A DNA stretch of 64,000 nucleotides. Source: Nitrospirota bacterium (GTDB taxonomy: Bacteria > Nitrospirota > UBA9217). Under the pieces are notes generated by a model. That model was not told the origin of the DNA. It ran no database searches and was given only the letters and a program-made list of their open reading frames with translations. The DNA is taken from positions 352,001 through 416,000 of the forward strand of contig CAWJQQ010000001.1 in the NCBI GenBank assembly GCA_963845065.1. Reading direction: 5' to 3'. The first letter of the stretch is position 1. Every line of letters starts with the position of its first letter. The translations under genes and the position numbers were made by a program. This document shows, piece after piece, positions 12,301 through 19,472 of the stretch.

Positions 12301-15300
12301 GGGTCTTCCCCCAGAGTCGGTCACCTACGAAGGTGTTGGCGAATCAGGGCCCGTGGCAAGCAACGCTACCTTCCAGGGAAAGGCAGAGAACCGTCGGATC
12401 GAGGTCGAGGTCTGGTATGACGAGACCCCCGGCAATCTTGTAGACAACGGGCCGGAACGAGTGGACCGCGTGAAGGTTTGCCGCGTCGAGACTTTGTGCA
12501 AGCTCCGCTACAAGGAAGGTCATTCCAGACGGGCGCGGATAAGGCACATCGTTCCACCGCTTCCTATGGACGACGATACGACGGCCCTGCCTGAAGGATT
12601 CGTCTCCAAAATACGCCAGGTGCTCGAAGGCCTGATGACGAAGGAACACGTCGTCGTCAAATTCATAGGCTATACCGACAATCAACCGCTTTCGGAGCGG
12701 AACGAACGGATTTACGGAAATCCTGTTTCATTATCCAAGGCCAAGGCACGGCGTACGGCGCTGGCTGTCAAGGACGCACTCAAGCTCCCGTTATCGGCGA
12801 TCGACGTCGACGGCAAGGGCGCGGATGGCCCCATCGCCTTGAACGACACCGAAAAAGGCAGAGCACTTAACCGGCGCATCGAGGTCGAATTCTGGTATGA
12901 CGACGAACTGCAGGTCCTGCCGGACGAGCTTCAGCTCTGCCCGGAACCGGCAGGAGCCGAGACCGTGGCCCGCGTCTATGACGGACCGTCCGGAGGAATA
13001 AAGCCCATCCTGTTCGACCATGGAGAACCGGTGATCACCCCGGAGGATTTAGAACGCATGCGTGCAAGCCTGGACGAGATCAAGGACAAGCAAAGGGCGC
13101 GTCTACGCTTCATCGGCTATACCAACGACGAGCGCCTCGATCGGCGCACCGCGATGGTGTACGGCGACGACATCGGTCTTTCCACCTCCCGCGCGCGGCG
13201 CGCCATGGACATTGTAGTGGACCGCCTTGGCCTAACCCGCGAGCAGGCCGAGTCCGAGGGCCATGGGTACGTGCAGTCGGACGATGTGGCCAGCACGGGC
13301 TTCGTGGAGTCCGACACGGCCAGGGTCGAGGTGCAGGTCGTTTACGACGAGATGATGATCAACGACAACACCGACGGTCTGGACATCACGAAGATCACCC
13401 GCGATGTCACCCCGAAGGACCCGCTTGCCTTGAACCTCATGCGCATAACCGTCGACGGCAAGCCCATAGACGACCCGGACAAGAGCATCGCCGACATCGA
13501 GCGCTGCACCGACGTGGCATTGAACAAGGCGAATGTACAGTTCAAGTTCGACGACCTCAACTTGAAGCCCCGCTTGAACGTGACGGCCTGGCCCAATGCC
13601 ATCCGTTACAAGACGGACCCGGACGCCGCATTCCCCGAGAACCTGATGCGGTTCCGCATGTACACGAACTATCAGGCTTTCATCGCGAGGTCGGAGGTCC
13701 GCATCTTCGACAGGGACGAGTCGGTCGCCGGCACACCCATTGCGGTCGTTCCCGTGGACAAGGGCGGGCGCGCTTCCTGGCAGCCGACATTCCCCGGATA
13801 CATGGCCCCCGGGCGCGAACTCAAGTATGTGCTCAGGGTCTACGACGCCAAAGGGCGCTTCGACGAGACCAAGCCGCTGCCCATATGGATCGTCGACCGG
13901 CTGTCACCGGATATGCGGGGACGTGACGCCGAGAAGGAGCTCCTGGTCGGTTACGGTGAGAGCCACCTCTCGATGGATAACATTCCGAAGAAGGGCGGTA
14001 CGATCACGGTCTATGGGAGCTCGGTCCCGGCCGAACACTCGGTATACGTCGCGGGCATCCCCGTGCCGATAGGGGACGGGGGAAAGTTCGTCTCCGAGGA
14101 GATACTGCCTTCCGGCACACATACCGTCGAGGTGGCGATACTCGACAAGGCCGGCAATGGCGACCTCTTCCTTCGCGACCTGGAGCTTAAAAAAAACGAC
14201 TGGTTCTCCGTCGGCATCGCCGACCTCACTGTTTCACACGATAATACAACCGGGCCCGGCTCGTATTTGTACGCCGACTCGACGCCGAATAACAGCGGGT
14301 TTAACTATACCGGACGGCTGGCCTACTATACAAAAGGAAAGTTCGGCGACGGCTGGCAGCTGACATCGAGTGCGGACACAGAGGAAGGGCCGTTAAAGGA
14401 CATATTCAATAATTTCAGCGGCACGACGCCCGACGCGCTGTTTCGGAGCATCGATCCCCAGTATTACTACCCGACCTTCGGAGACGACGGCAGCGTGGAG
14501 GAGGGAGCGCCTACCCTGGGCAAGTTCTATCTGAAGGTCGAGAAGGATGGGAGCTACGGCATGTGGGGCGACTTCAAGGTGGCCTACGACGACAACGATC
14601 TGGCCCGTGTCGACCGCGGGCTCTACGGCGTGAACTTGCATTACCAGACGCCTGACACCACGAGCTTCGGCGAGAAGCGTTTCCTCATGGACGGCTTCGC
14701 CGCTCAGCCCGGCACGGTCGCTACGCGCGAGGAGTTACTGGGCACCGGTGGCTCTCTCTACTACCTGCATCATCAGGGAATCTTGACCGGCTCCGAGAGC
14801 GTTTCTATCGAGGCCCACGACAAGGACTCCGGCATCGTGATTGCCAGCAAGAACCTGACGCCATCCCTCGATTACACCATCGATTACCTGCAGGGGCGCG
14901 TCTACCTTACGCAGCCCCTGTCTCCGACCGCGTCCGACAACATGCTGGTAAATTCCGGCACCGCAGCAGGCGACTTGATGTATCTGGTCGTCCACTACGA
15001 ATACGTCCCGAGCGCCGGGGACACGGACAGCATGAGCGTGGGCGGACGGGCCCATGTTTGGCTTAACGACTACGTGAAACTGGGCATCACCGTGGACAAG
15101 GACGGCGGTTCGGACAATCCGAACGAGCTTACTGCCGCCGACCTTACCGTAAGGAAGAGCGCACTTACCTGGGTTAAGGTTGAGACGTCAAGGAGCAGCG
15201 GGCCCGGCCTGACCACTCTTACCTCTAACGACGGCGGTATGACGGAAAGTCCCGCCTGCCAAAGCTTCATCACGTCCACAACCGGCGTCACCACGGGAAA

Positions 15301-16990
15301 TCCGGCCTGCTCCTACTTCGGCAGTCCAGTACCCGTTTCCGCGGGAGCCTACCGGATAGACACCAGCTTGGGTTTTGCTGACGTCTTTGCCGGCGCTTCC
15401 GGCCAGATGACGATGTACATGCAGAGCCTGGACGCCGGCTATTCGGCTCCCGGACTTGAGACGGCCACGGACACCAAGCAGTATGGGGGTACATTAAAGG
15501 CGCCGCTGACAAGCAAAGCCGATGTGACCGCCAAGGCCGATCAGACGACCCGCAATCAGGGCCTGAACACAAGCTCTGCCGAAGTCGACCTAAATTATCA
15601 TATGACCGATCATTGGACCTTGAGCCCCGGTGTGCGGCTCGACAACCGCGACGACAACTCGCCGGTCATTCCGCCGACCGAGACGGAAGGCGACCGCACG
15701 GACGCTGCACTGCGCGCGACGTACGATTCCAAGGAACGCTGGAGCGCGTACGGCTTCGGGCAGAGCACCGTTGACAGGAGCGGCGACCGCGAGAGCAACG
15801 CCCGCATCGGTTCGGGCGGCGAGTACCGAATTACCGACCGGGTAAAATTAAACGGCGAGGTATCGTCCGGCGACTTAGGCGGCGCCGGCAAGTTAGGCAT
15901 GGAATATCTCTACTCCGACCGCACCAACATGTACCTGAACTACGTGTACGACAACGAGACCCCCGACAATGGGATACGCGCAGGCAACGGAAGCATCGTT
16001 TCCGGGATTAAGACACGGTACTCGAACAGTGCCAGCGTCTATGCCGAGGAAAAGTACTCGTACGGCAATGTCCCGACGGGCCTCACCCATGGTGCTGGCG
16101 TCGACCTGGCGCCCTTCGACCACTGGAACCTGGGCATAAGCGTGGATTACGGGACCCTCAGGGACCCCATCACCTACGCCAGCCTCGTGCGTCAAGCCGC
16201 GGCCCTTCGCGTGGGCTACGGCAACAAGGGCCTCATCCTGGCCACCGCATTCGAGTACCGCGTTGACAAGACCGAGGTCATAAACATAAACCCGGATATG
16301 ACAACCAGCACGAGCATTGTTGACAGGAACAGCTGGCTTGTCAAGAACGATCTGAAGTACCAGATGAACGACTCTTCCCGGCTAATCGGCAAATTCAATC
16401 ATGCCGAGAGCCGGAGCGACGCCGCATTCTTTGGCGGCGATTACACTGAGGCAGTCATCGGCTACGGCTATCGTCCGGTTACGAACGACCGGCTGAACAC
16501 CTTGTTCAAATACACGTATTTCTACAACGTCCCGACCACATCACAGGTCGGCGACACGGTAACCTATACATCCTCCGCCTTGGTCACGAACACCGCCGCG
16601 GATTCCATCCAGAAGAGCCATATAGTATCACTGGATGCAACCTACGATCTAACACAAAAGTGGAGCATCGGCGGCAAGTACGCCTACCGCCTTGGATGGG
16701 TCAGCGAGACCCTGCAGGATCCGGTTTTCTATGAGAGCCGTGCCGTACTTTACGTTGTCCGCGCCGATTGGCATCTCGTACATCTCTGGGATTTCATGGT
16801 CGAGACGCGTCTCTTAGACCTGCCCGACGCGCAGGACCAGAAAAGCGGCGTGCTCACGGCCATCTACCGGCAGATGGGAGCCAACCTCAAGGCGGGTGTC
16901 GGCTACAACTTCAGCGATTTTTCGGACGACCTGACCCAGCTCGACTACAAACACCAGGGTTTCTTCATCAATATGGTCGGAGAGTTTTAG
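3341..16990 (+). CDS. Giant (4549 aa) surface/outer-membrane protein: DUF11/isopeptide-type Ig repeats, SdrD-B-like domains, 3 OmpA-like domains, C-terminal beta-barrel
   Basis: Signal-like LLLLFALFLGAAHSAQA; recurring K...GD.L.YTIT.TN.G...A..V.LTD.LP units; GRIWQDSN and GKVFDDSNANG; three GHTD/GYTD/GYTN...LS..RA...NRRIE-type motifs; amphipathic strands ending in C-terminal Phe. Start uncertain (3341/3350). Confidence 0.85.
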   Translation: MSRMRANQIWKSGSFLIALIECGSRLGFPLLLLFALFLGAAHSAQATMARARCSSTEPSEAVQKKNPPSQTTATIGVPFTYTITAPLLGNLDSSGSFHCTNAADDATVTNVIVTDDLTTTGASLTYVTNAAYLVNSATGARTPINGGAPLKLGASSAWLASHSGVLSDSTKHLVFSYEYNPALASIPAGDNIEIDLTVVLDNSPANKAQTQFSNTANMWFGKTDKGTVMTDLQAEPGTTPPMTIVEPNLVVTKKSSVSNLSAGSKAPYTIDVQNIGGSDAWNTTITDNIPAGMCAYDLRPTITAEIYAADGVTPVSGPLVPGTDFSVTWNGGTSSSCQMSLAMLTPKAKVGPTQHLIINYQAMLDGGISSGTFTNVAGATRWFSADSSSACRREYDRTLTNGTPGILDFQDACTVTATSPSYYFLKSVEDLTTGAYPAASAFPGDKLRYTLQLQNFTATSLNSVKVTDDLGALNGFSAFVTGTLSLASTNLPTGTYTVCPTCGTNKAGTVTISGLTLGPNTQYQIQFDVILAGSLANGAVVRNQASLTGTDSGNKVWSGVSDDPNINGPAPLGQTGDITSVTMQVPGALSKTSPIPSTATIGQQYSYTITVPAAPASAALSDVRILDSLPSNVSFVGAAVVSGGTWNVINTGNATNIILQDSGTGIDIPAGGQAVIKVTVVVNNTLANVSGVSFTNSASYTYSKRKGCGATTTVTGGSGISLPMTVIEPHLTVTKTVSYFSPSAKPATSPAAAGDVLQYTITMINDGSSTAYNADVIDTLPPNVVLVVGSATAQMNGAPIVGFITNPAMLTGGVMDWGSRNGDGSLVIPVNGKLVLTFQAKVLSVDGTTIGNTAYTAWTSLSGNVSGERTGAGCPNITAPNNYCSGPATATVSSQDPTVLSKSVVSDSWASGLSTATDATLRIGDTVVYSLSLTFRSGTTQNVVVTDTLPSGLSYDSLVSIAPASGGNFTYTVSSQPSQGASGTLTWNLGNVSNVSGSNALNTTLTIQYRAKVMKNTLSQSPVKQILTNNAAMNYAINGVAATPKTSSAAINIFQPMLGVSKAASPAAGGTIVSAGELITYTVNISNTGASPAYDPVLTDTLPVGLRQNGVTTTSVSLKNTASNAVVATLPVPASPYFSYNSATGVASWNFDTGVANVYSVPPGDTLQVVYQVKADSVIGSGITLVNNALVQHYYSLDSVDVPANSVVADRQVYGPTSAATVQLTATSASNLSALSKQALVSTAALGQPFTYRITVPSTPASTAMYNVQVTDDISLTMTGVSLNYVGASARLASGAKSWTTLTNAGTSTNLVLADTVSGGLYVPAGDQLIVDVIVVLANDTTNNTIGKQFSNTANYKYNTVNGNNTTGVSGAPGSSSPVTIVGPNLTLTKTGPSTMSAGTPGTFTMNVQNAGSASAWNTTITDVLPNVTAPAKGGMCGQAPVNTTARIYQPDGVTPVSSPLINGTDFTASFTGLTGTPACTLTISMKSTAATAIAPTNRLIVTYQASLDQGTAGGLSLTNVAGATGYQSADPSAAGASGNVHTTTNTLTNGTPGILDFQDAFTVTTGSTTMSFTKTVFDVTTGQSGATARPGDTLKYTLTVQNAGGFAASGLSLTDELDKLNQAAMFVPGSLILTTVPAGANVSQTSATGGTKGTGLVNIGNLNIAAMGGANNTLVVAYTARLLPAINSGTKVLNQGQVGSATLPSLSSNDPSEGGGANPTQTTIVSAPVFRVLKTVQDMTSGTSIVSAGDTLIYTIKVNNIGTENAVGVTLRDLIPANTSYVANSTTLNGTAVADISSGVSALQNGMPIDTTANPTPGAMPADAAASAANTATVTFDVKISVSVVNGTIISNQGFVDGSGAGSGSVPEQPSSNPNSPVPNSPTSIVVGNQPLLYAQKTVKLSVDNNGNGLVDPGDVIRYTITLTNSAATPASGVVLTDAVPANTTYVSGSTTLNGSAVADAGAGVSLLASGMSVVSSSPTQTSSPSGSTVAANSITFDVRINAGVTTGTIICNQGTVTATGLKPFLTDSDGNSTNGYQPTCITVGNAEQLAVTKTYAVMGGGAPLPGSIVQYTVSATNIGTVPATSVVITDDLSPILAQSSYVSGSAAMNGSVNGVSFSSPVITANYGATYGALAPGGTAVLQFRVKLNSTAASGTAVTNTAQVAWNNPQQTTTSSVTLNFSSQPGIFSGRIWQDSNFNKAFDSGEQPFSGWAADVYKDGQLIGTAYTASDGTYQMSGLAPNVGTASTYEIRFRAPGAGTNTAMLGWADSPFTNGMQRISNIVLASGGSIANLNLPLTPNGVVYDSAARTPIAGAALVMLQASTKSPLPAGCFNDPGAQGQVTLPGGYYKFDLNFSDASTCPSGGDYLIQVTPPASGYVAALSKLIPPTTDAVTPTFFVPSCPGGPADAVPAIPGYCEAQASVLPPAASVHAGPVTAYYLHLTFDNARPGDSQIYNNHIAVDPVQNNAITITKTSSMVNVTLGQMVPYTITMTNTLGANLTNLEVIDSPPPGFKYVAGSGVVDGQKVEPTNSGTQLTWNISTLAANSQHIINLILVVGAGVSNGDYVNHAQVMNSVTGAVQAMNNAKGAVPAVSKAAVPAQAMAATGSAASGVAVATVHVAPDPTMDCTDIIGKVFDDSNANGYPDPGEQGLAGVRIISANGLIATTDKYGRYHITCAVVPDPDRGSNFILKLDDRTLPTGYRVTTDNPLVLRVTRGKAMKFNFGATLHRVVRLDIADGAFEPKTSVMREQWKPRMDMLIGELKKSPSILRISYLADVEDRSVVSARTDAVKKMVSSLWGQGPYRLTIETETYWRREGSLDNSSFDKSSAVVTAGTYTAAVPAESSSYGNGVSDAPSLGQAVERHAASDLPRTLWVEGGDSSVHAGHSEKDKSSNAQEKTVKTIKQQNLVPPLRFGTGDADIPDAYVQRLKDILSGMQGKNNVRLHLVGHTDNTPMFGEAKQKYVDNATLSRERARAAALYLQKALGLPPESVTYEGVGESGPVASNATFQGKAENRRIEVEVWYDETPGNLVDNGPERVDRVKVCRVETLCKLRYKEGHSRRARIRHIVPPLPMDDDTTALPEGFVSKIRQVLEGLMTKEHVVVKFIGYTDNQPLSERNERIYGNPVSLSKAKARRTALAVKDALKLPLSAIDVDGKGADGPIALNDTEKGRALNRRIEVEFWYDDELQVLPDELQLCPEPAGAETVARVYDGPSGGIKPILFDHGEPVITPEDLERMRASLDEIKDKQRARLRFIGYTNDERLDRRTAMVYGDDIGLSTSRARRAMDIVVDRLGLTREQAESEGHGYVQSDDVASTGFVESDTARVEVQVVYDEMMINDNTDGLDITKITRDVTPKDPLALNLMRITVDGKPIDDPDKSIADIERCTDVALNKANVQFKFDDLNLKPRLNVTAWPNAIRYKTDPDAAFPENLMRFRMYTNYQAFIARSEVRIFDRDESVAGTPIAVVPVDKGGRASWQPTFPGYMAPGRELKYVLRVYDAKGRFDETKPLPIWIVDRLSPDMRGRDAEKELLVGYGESHLSMDNIPKKGGTITVYGSSVPAEHSVYVAGIPVPIGDGGKFVSEEILPSGTHTVEVAILDKAGNGDLFLRDLELKKNDWFSVGIADLTVSHDNTTGPGSYLYADSTPNNSGFNYTGRLAYYTKGKFGDGWQLTSSADTEEGPLKDIFNNFSGTTPDALFRSIDPQYYYPTFGDDGSVEEGAPTLGKFYLKVEKDGSYGMWGDFKVAYDDNDLARVDRGLYGVNLHYQTPDTTSFGEKRFLMDGFAAQPGTVATREELLGTGGSLYYLHHQGILTGSESVSIEAHDKDSGIVIASKNLTPSLDYTIDYLQGRVYLTQPLSPTASDNMLVNSGTAAGDLMYLVVHYEYVPSAGDTDSMSVGGRAHVWLNDYVKLGITVDKDGGSDNPNELTAADLTVRKSALTWVKVETSRSSGPGLTTLTSNDGGMTESPACQSFITSTTGVTTGNPACSYFGSPVPVSAGAYRIDTSLGFADVFAGASGQMTMYMQSLDAGYSAPGLETATDTKQYGGTLKAPLTSKADVTAKADQTTRNQGLNTSSAEVDLNYHMTDHWTLSPGVRLDNRDDNSPVIPPTETEGDRTDAALRATYDSKERWSAYGFGQSTVDRSGDRESNARIGSGGEYRITDRVKLNGEVSSGDLGGAGKLGMEYLYSDRTNMYLNYVYDNETPDNGIRAGNGSIVSGIKTRYSNSASVYAEEKYSYGNVPTGLTHGAGVDLAPFDHWNLGISVDYGTLRDPITYASLVRQAAALRVGYGNKGLILATAFEYRVDKTEVININPDMTTSTSIVDRNSWLVKNDLKYQMNDSSRLIGKFNHAESRSDAAFFGGDYTEAVIGYGYRPVTNDRLNTLFKYTYFYNVPTTSQVGDTVTYTSSALVTNTAADSIQKSHIVSLDATYDLTQKWSIGGKYAYRLGWVSETLQDPVFYESRAVLYVVRADWHLVHLWDFMVETRLLDLPDAQDQKSGVLTAIYRQMGANLKAGVGYNFSDFSDDLTQLDYKHQGFFINMVGEF

Positions 16991-17062
16991 GGGCCCTGGG
17001 CAATGACCCGGGTCGTCATGAAGCGACCAGAATATGAATTTCCAGGATGGGAGGGTATCAAA

Positions 17063-17578
17063 ATGTTTTACCGGCTGACAGGCATCGTGTTAACGGTTTC
17101 AATGCTATCGTTCTTTTCCGCCGCTTATGGAGAGGATATTACCAAGGAAGAGTTAAAGGGTCAGGACGAGCAGGTCCAGGACATCAAAAGCGACGTCCTT
17201 TCGATCTCCGCAGAGCTCGAAAGGCTCGAGGAGAAGCTTTTGTATCCATCCAGCACAGAGGTCTCGGTATTCGTTTCCCTGGCAGCCGGCGAAACCTTCC
17301 GTCTCGATGCGGTGGATATCCAGATGGATGGAAACGCCGTCGCCCGGCATGTTTACAGCTTCAAGGAGCTCGAAGCCATGAGAAAGGGCGGGGTGCAGCG
17401 CATATATACCGGCAATATTCGCTCCGGCGACCATGACCTATTGGTCTCCGTCATCGGAAAAACCGGGGGAGGCTCTGACCTCCACAACGCCGAGCGGTTC
17501 AAGATCAGCAAGGATATCGCTCCCAGGATCGTCGAAATATCACTCTCCGACCAGGGCATTACCGAGAGTAGCAGGTAA
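17063..17578 (+). CDS. Exported protein with coiled coil and beta-rich domain
   Basis: GGAGGG RBS before ATG 17063; signal peptide ending AAYG; heptad segment VQDIKSDVLSISAELERLEEKL. Confidence 0.75.
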   Translation: MFYRLTGIVLTVSMLSFFSAAYGEDITKEELKGQDEQVQDIKSDVLSISAELERLEEKLLYPSSTEVSVFVSLAAGETFRLDAVDIQMDGNAVARHVYSFKELEAMRKGGVQRIYTGNIRSGDHDLLVSVIGKTGGGSDLHNAERFKISKDIAPRIVEISLSDQGITESSR

Positions 17579-17582
17579 AACC

Positions 17583-19472
17583 ATGAAAAGGCTATTCGTC
17601 CCACTGATATTATTGATGTTCGCCGCGTCCACATCGCCGGCAGAAACGTCTGCACCGAAGGACCTTCAGGACCTTTATTTCGGAGAGGCCCTCTTTCACG
17701 CGTATCAGGGGGAGTGGTTCGATGCCGTCTCAAGGCTCGACACCGAGTTGGCCCTTCATTACGGGGTCGATGAGCCGGAGCGGGACACCCTTCATTACCA
17801 CGTTAACCAGGCGGAGTTCGATGTGGGCGACTTCGAGCTTTACTACCGGATGCACCGGAAGGCCGGGCGCGCCATCAAGGCGGTCATCGAGGGGAACGTC
17901 CCTCAGCCTGTCCGTAACGAAGCTATCTTCCGCCTCGCGCGCATCTATTTCCAAAAAGGACAGCCCAGGGATGCCCAGGAGGCAGTTGACCGCATCAAGG
18001 GCGCCGTTCCCGAGAAGATCCGGAATGACCTGGCTTTCCTCAAGGCAGAGATCCTCATGGCCAACGGCCGTTTTGACGAGTCAGCCCGCATCTTTAAGGA
18101 CATCCAGGACGCTCCGGGCCTTTCAGGCTTCAGCACCTACAATTTAGGAATTGCCCTTATCAGGGACGGGAAGGAGACCGAGGGCCGAAGCTCACTCGAT
18201 CGTGCCGGACAGATCAAGAGCGACGACAATGTCACGCTGGCGATCAAGGACAAATCCAACCTTGTCCTCGGTGAAAAGCTCCTCTCAGAAAAAAAATTCG
18301 CTGCTGCCAAGGATGTGCTGGACAGAGTGCGGCTCACCGGTCCTTTCTCCAACCGTGCGCTCCTCAGTTCCGGATGGGCCGACGCCTCCCTTGATCATTA
18401 TCAAAGCGCCCTGGTGCCCTGGACGATACTTTCCAGGCGCGCGGCCACCAATCCTTCTGTAGAGGAGGCCATGCTCGCGGTCCCTTATGCCTATATCAAG
18501 CTGGGCATTTACAGCAAGGCAGCTCTCCTATACAGCCAGGCCCTCGAGGCGTTCGGCATGGAGATCGAGAAACTTTCCGCATCGATAACGAGCATACATG
18601 AAGGTATATTCCTTAAAGCGCTCTTGCGGGAAGAGCTTCAGCAGGACCCTGACTGGGTCGTAAAGCTGCGCGAGCTTCCGGAGGCTCCCGAGACGTTCTA
18701 CCTCCTTGACCTCCTTGCTTCCCATGATTTTCAGGAATCGCTCAAGAATTACCTGGACATCGAGGAGCTCCGCGCGAAACTTTCGGTTTGGTCGCGGGAC
18801 CTCATGGCCTTTAAGGACATCACCCAGAAGCGCAGGGCTTATTACCAGCCGCTCCTCCCGGAGATCGACCGGGAATTCCGCCGGCTCGACACTCTTATGC
18901 GGCTTAGGCTTTCACAACGCGACAGTATAGAAAAAAGGCTTCATGCCATGCTGACGGCGCCTTGTCCCGAACAGCTAGAAACTGCCGATGAGCGCCTCAC
19001 GATTTTGCGGCTGAACCAGCTGGAACGGAAGCTTACCGCTGCCGTCCCGGACGCATCCAGCGACGCCAAGGCCCGGATCAAACGCCTGCGCGGCGTGCTT
19101 TACTGGAACATGTATACGGAGTACGACCGTCGTTTGACCGAAGCCTTCAGGCATCTCCATGACCTGAACAGCGAAATCGATCGGATGAGAATGGAATATT
19201 CTTCCTTTATCCGCACACGTCAGGCTGCCACGCAGAGCTACGAGGGGTACGACGACGTTATTCGCCGCTTGGGCGAAAGGATTGCTGTCGCTCGGAAGAA
19301 CGTGGATGAACTGATGTCCCGACAGGGGAAAATCCTCGAGACCATGGCCGTTACCGAACTCAGCAGGAGGCGCGACCGTCTCGAAAAATTCCAGGTAGAC
19401 GCGCGCTTTGCCATGGCGGACAGCTACGACCGCGCCGTGAAAGCCCAGGACAACAAGAGGGTAGAACAATAA
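17583..19472 (+). CDS. Periplasmic TPR/coiled-coil protein (GltC-like)
   Basis: Signal peptide MKRLFVPLILLMFAA; TPR helices; long C-terminal coiled coil; position before a GltD-like gene. Confidence 0.7.
   Translation: MKRLFVPLILLMFAASTSPAETSAPKDLQDLYFGEALFHAYQGEWFDAVSRLDTELALHYGVDEPERDTLHYHVNQAEFDVGDFELYYRMHRKAGRAIKAVIEGNVPQPVRNEAIFRLARIYFQKGQPRDAQEAVDRIKGAVPEKIRNDLAFLKAEILMANGRFDESARIFKDIQDAPGLSGFSTYNLGIALIRDGKETEGRSSLDRAGQIKSDDNVTLAIKDKSNLVLGEKLLSEKKFAAAKDVLDRVRLTGPFSNRALLSSGWADASLDHYQSALVPWTILSRRAATNPSVEEAMLAVPYAYIKLGIYSKAALLYSQALEAFGMEIEKLSASITSIHEGIFLKALLREELQQDPDWVVKLRELPEAPETFYLLDLLASHDFQESLKNYLDIEELRAKLSVWSRDLMAFKDITQKRRAYYQPLLPEIDREFRRLDTLMRLRLSQRDSIEKRLHAMLTAPCPEQLETADERLTILRLNQLERKLTAAVPDASSDAKARIKRLRGVLYWNMYTEYDRRLTEAFRHLHDLNSEIDRMRMEYSSFIRTRQAATQSYEGYDDVIRRLGERIAVARKNVDELMSRQGKILETMAVTELSRRRDRLEKFQVDARFAMADSYDRAVKAQDNKRVEQ

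Noticed and set aside
3868..16398. Many antisense and alternative-frame ORFs within the giant gene
   Set aside because: Shadow ORFs of a GC-rich coding strand; no recognisable motifs.
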